A stretch of 64,000 nucleotides of DNA, taken from NCBI GenBank assembly GCA_045567365.1, contig JBJLDC010000012.1, positions 30,809 through 94,808 on the forward strand, read 5' to 3'. The notes beneath the pieces are model-generated. The model was not told the DNA's origin, searched no databases, and saw only the letters and a list, made by a program, of their open reading frames with translations. Positions 23,316-32,327 of this stretch are shown one piece after another (position 1 is the first letter of the stretch; each line of letters opens with the position of its first letter). A program made the translations under genes and the position numbers. Origin of the DNA: Candidatus Pelagibacterales bacterium (GTDB lineage Bacteria > Pseudomonadota > Alphaproteobacteria > Pelagibacterales > AG-422-B15).

Positions 23316-23558
23316 ATGCGAAATTTAATTCATTTGATTTGATATGTAAACAAAATGTACTATGTGAGATTATATATATCAATGCGACAAACCGTCAAAT
23401 TTAAATATTATAAAAATATCATATTAATCAATATCTTAATAAATACTAATGATAGATTTTAATTTAAAAAGATATTATTTTTTGTGTACTTTATTATGTT
23501 TTTCCAATAATTTACATTCGATCCGAAGATGCTCTCAATTTAGGTAACTATCCATTTT

Positions 23559-26327
23559 ATGATGCAAAAAATTGAAGATTTTGTTTTTAAATTTAAGCTA
23601 TCAATCTTAGGCATATTTGTCTTGCTAACAGTTGTGATGGGTTATTTTGCCCTTCAAATTAAAATGGATGCTGGTTTTATTAAACAGTTGCCAACAAACC
23701 ATGAGTTTATTCATACCTACTTTCAGTATCAAGATGCACTAAGTGGCACTAATAATATTACAATCTCTCTAAGAACAACAGATGGAGAGATATTTGAAAA
23801 AGATTATTTATCTAAGCTATATGAGCTATCTGAAACGTTAAGGTATCTTCCAGGAGTTAATCAATCAAGCATGAAGTCTTTATGGACTTCAAATACAAGA
23901 GTAATGAGAGTTACTGAAGAAGGCTTTGAGGCAACTACGGTCATACCCGGTAATATTACTCCTCAAGAACTAACGGATAGTGAAATAAAAAATATTAGAG
24001 ATAGAGTATTAACAGGTGGGCATGTTGGAAGCTTAGTTGCAAATGATTTCTCAGCTTCTTTAGTAAGAGTTGAACTTACTGAATTTGATCCTCGCACTGG
24101 AGAAAAATTAGATTATCTTCAATTAGGTCGAGAGATTGAGGCTATTCGAGATGAATTTGAGGTTGGTAAATACAAAGTAGAAATCACTGGATTTGCAAAA
24201 ATGATCTCAGATATAGCAAGTGAAGCATATAATGTTGTTATATTTTTTGCTCTTGCTTTTGTATTAACTGTATTAGCCGTTTACTGGTATTCAAGATCAT
24301 GGACCTTAACTTTCTTACCTCTCGTTTGTTCTTTAACTTCTTTAATTTGGCAATTTGGAATGTTAAAAGTTCTGGGATTTGGTTTAGATCCACTCGCTAT
24401 CCTTGTCCCTTTCTTAGTTTTTGCTATTGGTGTTTCTCACGGGATACAGCAAGTCAACCAGATCTCTAAGGAAGTAATAGATGGACGTTCTGCTGAATAT
24501 GCTGCAAGAGCAAGTTTCTCAAGACTACTTGTACCTGGGAGTATGGCTCTAATAACAGACCTTGTTGGATTTGGTACATTGATCTTATTACCAATTGGGA
24601 TGATTCAGGAATTAGGCATTACAGCATCAATTGGTGTTGCTTTTAAAATTATAACAAACTTAGTAATGCTTCCATTGGCTGCATCCTATGCAAGATATAA
24701 TGATAATTTTGTTAAATCTGCATCATCAGCTATTGCATACAGAAGAAAAAGGGTTGCAGTTTTTGGAAAGTTAGCAAAACCTCGAGCAGCAGCAATCACT
24801 TTAACGATAAGTGCTGTTTTGTTTGCTGGAGCAATATTTATGGCCTCAGATAGGCATGTAGGCGACTTACATTCTGGAGCACCGGAGTTAAGGCCAGAGG
24901 CTCGATACAATCAAGATATTGGTGAAATTACTAAGAGATATAATGTTACAACAGATGTTCTCGTCGTAATCTTTGAGAGTTTAGCCCAATCCCAGGGAGT
25001 TCCACCGTGTCGCTCTATAGATATGATGAGTGCTCAAGATAATTTTCATTGGTATGCAGAAAATATCGATGGAGTTGTTTCGGTTATTTCCCTCTCCAGT
25101 ATAGCTAAACGCGGAATGAGTGGATATGCTGAGGGTAATTTAAAATGGAGCTATTTACCAAGAAATGATCGAGCATTATCATTTGCTTCAAGCGTAGTTG
25201 GTCCAGAGTCAGGCTTAATGAATGAAAATTGTTCTATTATGCCAATATATATTTTTACTGAGGATCACAAAGCAACAACAATTTCCCACATAATAGAAGA
25301 AATAGAAAATTATAAATTAAAATTTATAAACTCTGACTCAACTTTTACGATGAAATCATTTTTTAAGAGACCAGCAGAGGGTACTGATTTTATTTCTGAT
25401 GCTCAAGTAGTAAGTGGATCATTTTTTGCAGGTACGATCGAAGATTGGAATATTACTCAGCATAAATATTTTAATACTGATGAATGGGTCCTATTTGGTC
25501 ATGAAAATAATTTTAATGTTAGAGACTTATGGAATATTAAACTATTAAATTATTTAAGAGATATAGATCAATATGATGAAAAACTAGAACCTGCTGTGAG
25601 AGAGATCCGAAAAGCAGATACAGCAATAAAAAAATTCTTTAATGAAAATGAAGATATTCCTGCAATTGTTTATGATATGGATGAAATAAACTATCGTTTA
25701 GCAAGTGGCACGGTTGGAATTCAACATGCTACAAATGAAATTATTGAAGAGTCAGAGCTTCCAATGATGTTGATTGTATATGCCGTGATTTTTCTTTTAG
25801 TATTCGGTACATACATGGATTGGAGGGCGACAATCTGTTGTACTGTTCCACTTACATTTGCAACAATGTTAGGATATGCATTTATGGATATAATGCAAAT
25901 CGGATTAAAGGTTTCAACTTTACCAGTTATGGTTCTTGCTGTGGGTATTGGTGTTGATTATGCTTTTTACATTTATAATAGGCTACAAACATATTTAAAA
26001 GAAGGTATGGAAATATCTGAAGCGTTTGAGCAAACTTTTGCCAATACTGGCGCTGCAGTAGTCTTCACTGCTTTAACACTTGCAATCGGAGTATCTACTT
26101 GGTCATTCTCAGCACTTAAGTTTCAGGCTGATATGGGCATGCTCTTAACATTTATGTTTTTAATTAATATGGTTTGCGCCATGACAACACTACCTGCTTT
26201 AGCGGTTGTATTAGATAAAGTTTTTCCACGAAAAAATGATAGTATATTTAAGTTTGTAGGTGGCCAAACAGGCGTAGCTTATTTAATAACAATATCTTTG
26301 GTCATTGTAGCTTTATTTTTGATTTAA
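23559..26327 (+). CDS. RND-superfamily exporter, MMPL/HpnN-like (two 6-TM bundles)
   Basis: 922 aa. There is an N-terminal TM helix, a periplasmic domain, a TM cluster around residues 230-390, a second large periplasmic domain, and a C-terminal TM cluster. Confidence 0.75.
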   Translation: MMQKIEDFVFKFKLSILGIFVLLTVVMGYFALQIKMDAGFIKQLPTNHEFIHTYFQYQDALSGTNNITISLRTTDGEIFEKDYLSKLYELSETLRYLPGVNQSSMKSLWTSNTRVMRVTEEGFEATTVIPGNITPQELTDSEIKNIRDRVLTGGHVGSLVANDFSASLVRVELTEFDPRTGEKLDYLQLGREIEAIRDEFEVGKYKVEITGFAKMISDIASEAYNVVIFFALAFVLTVLAVYWYSRSWTLTFLPLVCSLTSLIWQFGMLKVLGFGLDPLAILVPFLVFAIGVSHGIQQVNQISKEVIDGRSAEYAARASFSRLLVPGSMALITDLVGFGTLILLPIGMIQELGITASIGVAFKIITNLVMLPLAASYARYNDNFVKSASSAIAYRRKRVAVFGKLAKPRAAAITLTISAVLFAGAIFMASDRHVGDLHSGAPELRPEARYNQDIGEITKRYNVTTDVLVVIFESLAQSQGVPPCRSIDMMSAQDNFHWYAENIDGVVSVISLSSIAKRGMSGYAEGNLKWSYLPRNDRALSFASSVVGPESGLMNENCSIMPIYIFTEDHKATTISHIIEEIENYKLKFINSDSTFTMKSFFKRPAEGTDFISDAQVVSGSFFAGTIEDWNITQHKYFNTDEWVLFGHENNFNVRDLWNIKLLNYLRDIDQYDEKLEPAVREIRKADTAIKKFFNENEDIPAIVYDMDEINYRLASGTVGIQHATNEIIEESELPMMLIVYAVIFLLVFGTYMDWRATICCTVPLTFATMLGYAFMDIMQIGLKVSTLPVMVLAVGIGVDYAFYIYNRLQTYLKEGMEISEAFEQTFANTGAAVVFTALTLAIGVSTWSFSALKFQADMGMLLTFMFLINMVCAMTTLPALAVVLDKVFPRKNDSIFKFVGGQTGVAYLITISLVIVALFLI

Positions 26328-27266
26328 CTATTCATTAACAAGCTTTATAAATATTTCCTCTAAGTTATTTTCTTCAATTTTTATGTCCTTAATGTTTATT
26401 TTAAGTTTAACTAATCTTGTAAGAACTTCTTGGTGACTAATAATACTTGGATCATATTCGATGGCTATATGGCCGTCGTTATTTGAGAATGAGATGTCTA
26501 AATCATCGAAGATATCGTCTTTGATTGTCGTTGAATTACCATGTTCAATGATTATTTTCTTAAAATTCATCTTTGATTTAATATTTTTTGTTTTATCTGC
26601 AATTAGGAGTTTGCCCTTATTAATAATAGCTATCTCATCACATAAATTTTCAGCTTCATGTAAATAATGCGTTGTTATAATTATCGTTTTACCCTGAGCT
26701 TTTAGTGACTTTATATTTTCCCATAAGGTCTGCCGCAATTCTACGTCTACACCTGCAGTTGGCTCATCAAGTACAAGTATTTCTGGATCATGAACCATTG
26801 CTTTTGCAATGAGGAGTCGTCTTTTCATTCCCCCAGAGAGTGTTCTAGCATAGGCATCAGATTTATCTTCCAGTGCTAATAGACTAAGGATTTTTTTTGT
26901 TTGCCTCTTTTCTTTTGGCACTCCGTAGAGCCCTGCTTGAAGCTCCAATAATTCATAAGGAGTGAAAAAGGGGTCCATATTTAATTCTTGAGGAACTATT
27001 CCAATACGGGGTTTGATTTCATAAAGTTCTTTTGAATAATCTTTTCCAAAAATGTTAATAGTACCTGAAGTTTTGTAAACTAGATCAGCCAAAATATTAA
27101 TAAGAGTTGATTTACCAGCTCCATTAGGTCCCAATAGTCCAAATATTATTCCTGACTTTATTTCGAGAGAAATATTATCTAAAGAGTACTTTTTTTGATT
27201 TTTATAAATCTTTGATAAATTATTAATTTTTATTGCAATGTTTTCTTTCATAACTATTTTGTACAA
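26328..27266 (-). CDS. ABC transporter ATP-binding protein (ABC-2/CcmA-like) with a C-terminal extra domain
   Basis: Walker A GPNGAGKST, signature LSGGMKRR, and Walker B ILVLDEPT. No permease gene lies next to it. Confidence 0.85.
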   Translation of the reverse strand: MYKIVMKENIAIKINNLSKIYKNQKKYSLDNISLEIKSGIIFGLLGPNGAGKSTLINILADLVYKTSGTINIFGKDYSKELYEIKPRIGIVPQELNMDPFFTPYELLELQAGLYGVPKEKRQTKKILSLLALEDKSDAYARTLSGGMKRRLLIAKAMVHDPEILVLDEPTAGVDVELRQTLWENIKSLKAQGKTIIITTHYLHEAENLCDEIAIINKGKLLIADKTKNIKSKMNFKKIIIEHGNSTTIKDDIFDDLDISFSNNDGHIAIEYDPSIISHQEVLTRLVKLKINIKDIKIEENNLEEIFIKLVNE

Positions 27267-27306
27267 ACAATAGTTTTTATTCTAATTTCTTGTATCATAT
27301 AAACTT

Positions 27307-27486
27307 ATGAGCTCACCAGATAAAAAAAATTATCATTCTCAAGTTTCTGAAACTGTTAAAAGTAAAAAAGTCAGTTGTAATGGCGGCGGTGGAGCTCTAG
27401 GACATCCAAAAATATATCTTGATATGGGAAAAGAAAATCAAATTATCTGTCCTTACTGTAGTAAAATTTTTATTCTAGAACTTTAG
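27307..27486 (+). CDS. Small zinc-finger protein (zf-CHCC type, NDUFS6 C-terminal-like), absent from the ORF track
   Basis: My own translation gives MSSPDKKNYHSQVSETVKSKKVSCNGGGGALGHPKIYLDMGKENQIICPYCSKIFILEL (59 aa). The C-x7-H...C-x2-C pattern and the GHP..YL..G.....CPYC block match the conserved alphaproteobacterial/mitochondrial zinc-finger family. The ORF fills the gap before polA. Confidence 0.7.
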   Translation: MSSPDKKNYHSQVSETVKSKKVSCNGGGGALGHPKIYLDMGKENQIICPYCSKIFILEL

Positions 27487-27489
27487 TTT

Positions 27490-30279
27490 ATGACTAAAAA
27501 AAACCATCTATTTTTAATTGATGGCTCTGGATATATTTTTAGAGCTTACTATGCTCTGCCTCCTTTATATCGAAAAAGTGATGGACTTCCAACAGGAGCA
27601 GTTAATGGTTTTTGTAATATGATTTATAAATTAGTTGAAGATACAAATCGTGATGTGAAACCATCACACATAGCTGTTATATTTGATAGTGCAAGAAAGA
27701 CATTTAGAAATGATATTTATAAAGATTATAAAGCAAATCGAGGAGAGCCACCTGAAGATTTAATTCCTCAGTTTCAAATAATCAAAGACTCTGTAAAAGC
27801 TTTTGGTATTCAATCTATTGAATTACCTGGATTTGAGGCTGATGATATTATTGCTACATATGCACGTATTGGAAATGAAATGGGATGGAAAGTTTCAATT
27901 GTTTCTTCAGATAAAGACCTTATGCAAATTGTAGACAGTAATATTTCACTTATTGATACAATGAAAAATAAATCAATTGGACCAAATGAAGTAATAGAAA
28001 AATTTGGAGTGGACCCGACAAAAGTTATAGATGTTCAGGCTTTGGCAGGTGATAGCTCAGATAATGTTCCAGGGGCACCCGGTATAGGGATTAAAACAGC
28101 AGCAACATTAATTAATGAATTTGGAAATCTAGAAAATTTACTTAAAAACTGTCATCAAATAAAGCAGAATAAACGAAGAGAGACATTGGAGAATTTCCAA
28201 GAACAAATTTTAATAAGTAAGAAGTTAGTTACGCTTAAAAATGATGTAATTGATATTCCCTCTATTGACCAACTTAAAAGTACTGAAGCCAATATAAACG
28301 AACTAATTCCATTTTTATCTGATTTAGAGTTAAATAAATTAGCTGACAGAATAAAGAAAAAGAATCCTAACGTTGATATTTCAGCTATTAGAAATGAAAA
28401 TAAGGTATCAATTTCAAATTTTGAAAAAAAACCAGATATCAAGAAAAATATTGATCAAACCAACCATCAAAAAACAAATTATTCAATTATAAATGATGAA
28501 AATAAACTTGAAGAAATTATAAATCAAATTTCTAGACAAGATATGTTTGTATTTGATGTTGAAACAGACTCATTGGATATACAAAAAGCAAAATTAGTTG
28601 GAATTTCTGTTTGTTTTAATTTAGAAAATTCTTTTTATATTCCAATTGGTCATCAAGAGGATACAAAACAGTTAGGAATTAGTCAGATTAAAAAAAAACT
28701 ATCTCCACTTTTTAAATCAGAATCAATCATTAAGGTTGGGCATAATATCAAATATGATATTGCTATTCTTCAAAAGTATGAAATTCATGTAAATAGCATT
28801 GATGATACAATGTTAATGTCTCTAGTATGTGATGCTGGAATAAATCGTCATAATATGGACGATCTGGCAAAGATTCACCTCAATCGTGAAACAATAAAAT
28901 TTAAAGATGTAGTTGGTTCAGGTAAATCTCAATTAACATTTGATCAAGTTAAAATTTCTGAAGCAATAAATTATGCTGCCGAAGACTCAGAAATTACATT
29001 TAGACTTTATAAATTGTTCAAGAAAAGAATACTCAATGAGAGAAACGCGTCTGTTTATTATGAAATTGAAAGGTCTCTAATAAATTCTATTTTAAAAATG
29101 GAAACAAATGGCATGAAAGTTGATAATAATTACCTGAAAAATTTATCTAACGAATTTGAGCTCAGAATTAAAAATGTTGAAAAAAAGATTTTTAAGTTAG
29201 CAGGTAAAGAATTTAATATTGGATCTCCTAAACAGTTAGCAGAAATTTTGTTTGATTTTCTAAAATTAAATCCTCCCAAAAAAACAAAATCTGGTGAAAG
29301 ATCGACTGGCATTGAAGTTCTGGAAGACCTTGCATATGAAGGAAATAAGATTGCGGAACATATCATTGACTGGAGGCAAATTTCAAAATTAAGAAGTACC
29401 TACACTGAAGCTCTTCAAGGCCATATTTCTCAAGAAACAGGTAGGATTCATACTTCTTTTTCAATGGCGTCAACAACCACTGGGAGACTAGCTTCATCAG
29501 ATCCTAATCTTCAAAATATACCCATTAGAACTGACGAAGGTAGATCAATTCGTAAAGCCTTTATTGCCGAAAAAAATAAAACAATATTTTCTGCTGACTA
29601 TAGTCAAATTGAATTAAGAGTTCTTGCACACATAGCTAATGTTGACCAACTCAAAGAAGCTTTTAATAATAATGATGACATTCATAAGATGACCGCCTCA
29701 GAAATATTTAATATTAAAATGAAAGATGTCACTAGTGATCTGAGGAGACAGGCTAAAGCGGTGAATTTTGGAATTATATATGGAATTTCTGCATATGGAT
29801 TAGCTAAACAACTCAGTATATCTAATTTCGAGGCGTCAGATTTTATAAAAAAATATTTTAATAAATTTAGTGGAATAAAAGATTTTATGGAGAACACTAA
29901 AGAGTTATGCCGTCAAAACGGTTATGTTGAGACATTATGTGGACGAAAATGTTTTTTCCCGCGAATAAAAGATAAAAATTTTGCTTTACGGTCTTTTCAA
30001 GAAAGAGCTGCGATAAATGCACCAATTCAAGGAACTGCAGCAGATATAATTAAATATGCTATGATAAAAATAGATAAAAAGTTGAATAATGATGAAGATT
30101 GCAAAATGATTTTACAAGTACACGATGAATTAATTTTTGAAATTCAAAAGAGTAAAATTGAAAAATTTTCTAAATTAATAATAAATGAAATGCAAAATGC
30201 CTTAGAGCCTCATACTAAATTAAGTATACCTTTGATAGTTGATAGTAACTCTGGTAAAAATTGGAATGAGGCGCATTAA
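27490..30279 (+). CDS. polA: DNA polymerase I
   Basis: 929 aa with a 5'-3' exonuclease domain, a 3'-5' exonuclease domain (FDVETDSL), and polymerase motifs (DYSQIELR, QVHDEL). Confidence 0.97.
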   Translation: MTKKNHLFLIDGSGYIFRAYYALPPLYRKSDGLPTGAVNGFCNMIYKLVEDTNRDVKPSHIAVIFDSARKTFRNDIYKDYKANRGEPPEDLIPQFQIIKDSVKAFGIQSIELPGFEADDIIATYARIGNEMGWKVSIVSSDKDLMQIVDSNISLIDTMKNKSIGPNEVIEKFGVDPTKVIDVQALAGDSSDNVPGAPGIGIKTAATLINEFGNLENLLKNCHQIKQNKRRETLENFQEQILISKKLVTLKNDVIDIPSIDQLKSTEANINELIPFLSDLELNKLADRIKKKNPNVDISAIRNENKVSISNFEKKPDIKKNIDQTNHQKTNYSIINDENKLEEIINQISRQDMFVFDVETDSLDIQKAKLVGISVCFNLENSFYIPIGHQEDTKQLGISQIKKKLSPLFKSESIIKVGHNIKYDIAILQKYEIHVNSIDDTMLMSLVCDAGINRHNMDDLAKIHLNRETIKFKDVVGSGKSQLTFDQVKISEAINYAAEDSEITFRLYKLFKKRILNERNASVYYEIERSLINSILKMETNGMKVDNNYLKNLSNEFELRIKNVEKKIFKLAGKEFNIGSPKQLAEILFDFLKLNPPKKTKSGERSTGIEVLEDLAYEGNKIAEHIIDWRQISKLRSTYTEALQGHISQETGRIHTSFSMASTTTGRLASSDPNLQNIPIRTDEGRSIRKAFIAEKNKTIFSADYSQIELRVLAHIANVDQLKEAFNNNDDIHKMTASEIFNIKMKDVTSDLRRQAKAVNFGIIYGISAYGLAKQLSISNFEASDFIKKYFNKFSGIKDFMENTKELCRQNGYVETLCGRKCFFPRIKDKNFALRSFQERAAINAPIQGTAADIIKYAMIKIDKKLNNDEDCKMILQVHDELIFEIQKSKIEKFSKLIINEMQNALEPHTKLSIPLIVDSNSGKNWNEAH

Positions 30280-31055
30280 TGAGTGAAGTAATAGTTTTAG
30301 TTACAGGTGGTTTTGATCCGATTCATAGTGGTCATATTTTATATTTGAAAGACGCAAAAAAACTTGGTGATAAATTGATCGTAGGAGTTAATTCTGATCA
30401 ATGGCTGATTAATAAAAAAGGAAGCCCCTTTATGCCTATAGATGAAAGAATGAATATAATTTCAAATTTATCAGTAGTTGATGAAGCGATTGAATTTGAA
30501 GATGATGAATTTAATTCCGCAAGCAATGCAATCACCAAAGTTCTTCAAAAATATCCTAATCATAAGATAATATTTGCAAATGGTGGAGATCGAAATGATG
30601 AAAATATTCCGGAGATGGATAAATTTAATGATCATCATAACGTAAGCTTTGAGTTTGGAGTAGGTGGAGATTATAAAAAAAATTCATCAAGTTGGATTCT
30701 TAAAAATTGGAATGGTACAAAAGAGATTAGACCATGGGGCTGGTATCGGGTTATTGATGACTCTGATGACCACAAAGTGAAGGAAATACAGGTGAACCCA
30801 AAATCAAGATTAAGTCTACAATCACATAGCAAAAGATCTGAAGTCTGGACTGTTATTAACGGTGAAGCATTTGTTACAATAAATGACAAATCATTCTTAT
30901 TGAAATTGAATGAGTCAATATTCATACCTGTTGAGTCTCAGCATCGACTTGAAAATAAAACTGATAAATCTCTAAATATAATTGAAATACAAACAGGAAC
31001 TTATTTTGGAGAAGATGATATTAGAAGGTATGAAGATGATTATAATAGATCATAG
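30279..31055 (+). CDS. Fusion protein: cytidylyltransferase-like nucleotidyltransferase plus type II mannose-6-phosphate-isomerase-like cupin
   Basis: The N-terminus has TGGFDPIHSGH (the HxGH nucleotidyltransferase motif). The C-terminus has WGWYRV...LSLQSHSKRSEVW...IPVESQHRLEN (cupin). The ATG overlaps the polA TAA as TAATG. Confidence 0.7.
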   Translation: MSEVIVLVTGGFDPIHSGHILYLKDAKKLGDKLIVGVNSDQWLINKKGSPFMPIDERMNIISNLSVVDEAIEFEDDEFNSASNAITKVLQKYPNHKIIFANGGDRNDENIPEMDKFNDHHNVSFEFGVGGDYKKNSSSWILKNWNGTKEIRPWGWYRVIDDSDDHKVKEIQVNPKSRLSLQSHSKRSEVWTVINGEAFVTINDKSFLLKLNESIFIPVESQHRLENKTDKSLNIIEIQTGTYFGEDDIRRYEDDYNRS

Positions 31056-31058
31056 TTC

Positions 31059-32327
31059 ATGAAAGTATTATCTTCAAAATTTTATCTCTCCGTATTTCTA
31101 TTTTTAAATATTATTAATTTCGTAGATAGGAATATACTTTTTGCTTTTGGTGATACGATTAAAACTGAATTCAGCTTATCAAATACACAGTGGGGATTAC
31201 TCACTGGATTAGTTTTTTTGTTTTCTTATTCAGTTGCATCAGTTTTTATAGGTGTATTAGGAGATCGATTTAGTCGCACTAAGATAATTGGTATAGGGAT
31301 TATTTTTTGGAGTGCCATGACTTCATTAACTGGTCTCGCAAAGAACATATCTACATTATTTATATCAAGAGCATTAATAGGAGTTGGTGAGTCATCCTTA
31401 TCTCCTAATGCAATGTCCATGCTTAGCGACGTTTTTCCTCAAGAAAGAAGGGGCTTAGCAACAGCTATATATTATTTAGGTATACCTCTAGGAGTTGGTT
31501 TCGGTTTTCTTATTGCTAGCGTGCTTGGCCCTATTCTGGGTTGGAGAACTATTTTTATTTCTCTTGGAGTTATTGGTATCGTAATAGGAGTATTGATTTA
31601 TTTTATGACTGAGCCAGCAAGAGGCTCATTTGATAAAAAGAATAGTCAAAGTTTAGAACAACAAAAAATTAGTGAAATAGTAAAGCTTGCTTTTAAATCG
31701 ATAACTAATTCTAGATCACTCTGGCTTATTATGTTAGGGGGTGTCATAGGCCATATACCTCTTGGCGTTGGTGGCTTTGATACGGTTTGGGCTGTTCAAG
31801 AAAGGGGATTTAAAGAGGAAGAATATACTGCGATATTTGGGCTCTTTTTTGTTGTCGGGGGTTCAATGGGTGCAATTTTTGGAGGCCTTGTCGGAGACTA
31901 CTTTGCAAAGCGATATAAGGCTGGTGCAATGTTAGCGTTAGTTATTATTTATTCATTTTTAATACCTGCAAGTATTTATTATAGATTTGCTTCACCTGAT
32001 GGAATTTATTTCTACATCGCACTTTTCCTAATAACATTTCAAGTAACAGTATTTTATGGTCCAACGTTTGCAGCAGTTCAATCTTTGTCTCCATATAAAG
32101 TTAGAACTTCAATACTTGCAATTTGGATACTAGGTGTAAATATTGTAGGTATGGGAATTGGAAGTTTTTTTACAGGATATCTCTCAGACACACTCTTTTC
32201 AAATTTTGAATACCCTTTATCTTGGTCTACTTCTTTAATGGCAGCATTTACCTTTCTTTCATTGATTTGTTATCATCTCTCTAGAAAAACTTATGATGAA
32301 GATATAAAAAAAGCTCAATTAATTTAG
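31059..32327 (+). CDS. MFS transporter
   Basis: 422 aa with about 12 predicted TM helices and the MFS loop motif GDRFSRTK. Confidence 0.8.
   Translation: MKVLSSKFYLSVFLFLNIINFVDRNILFAFGDTIKTEFSLSNTQWGLLTGLVFLFSYSVASVFIGVLGDRFSRTKIIGIGIIFWSAMTSLTGLAKNISTLFISRALIGVGESSLSPNAMSMLSDVFPQERRGLATAIYYLGIPLGVGFGFLIASVLGPILGWRTIFISLGVIGIVIGVLIYFMTEPARGSFDKKNSQSLEQQKISEIVKLAFKSITNSRSLWLIMLGGVIGHIPLGVGGFDTVWAVQERGFKEEEYTAIFGLFFVVGGSMGAIFGGLVGDYFAKRYKAGAMLALVIIYSFLIPASIYYRFASPDGIYFYIALFLITFQVTVFYGPTFAAVQSLSPYKVRTSILAIWILGVNIVGMGIGSFFTGYLSDTLFSNFEYPLSWSTSLMAAFTFLSLICYHLSRKTYDEDIKKAQLI

Noticed and set aside
23346-23360. GTAAACAAAATGTAC in the diiron/RND spacer, which resembles an NtcA/CRP-type GTA-N8-TAC site.
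   Set aside because: The spacing is N9 rather than N8, there is only a single occurrence, and such a match is easily produced by chance in AT-rich DNA.
23382-23462. A short ATG-initiated ORF in the 243-bp diiron/RND spacer, and track ORF 23210-23404.
   Set aside because: The translations are low-complexity Ile/Asn/Lys-rich, with no RBS or conservation cue. One of them overlaps the 5' end of the diiron gene on the opposite strand.
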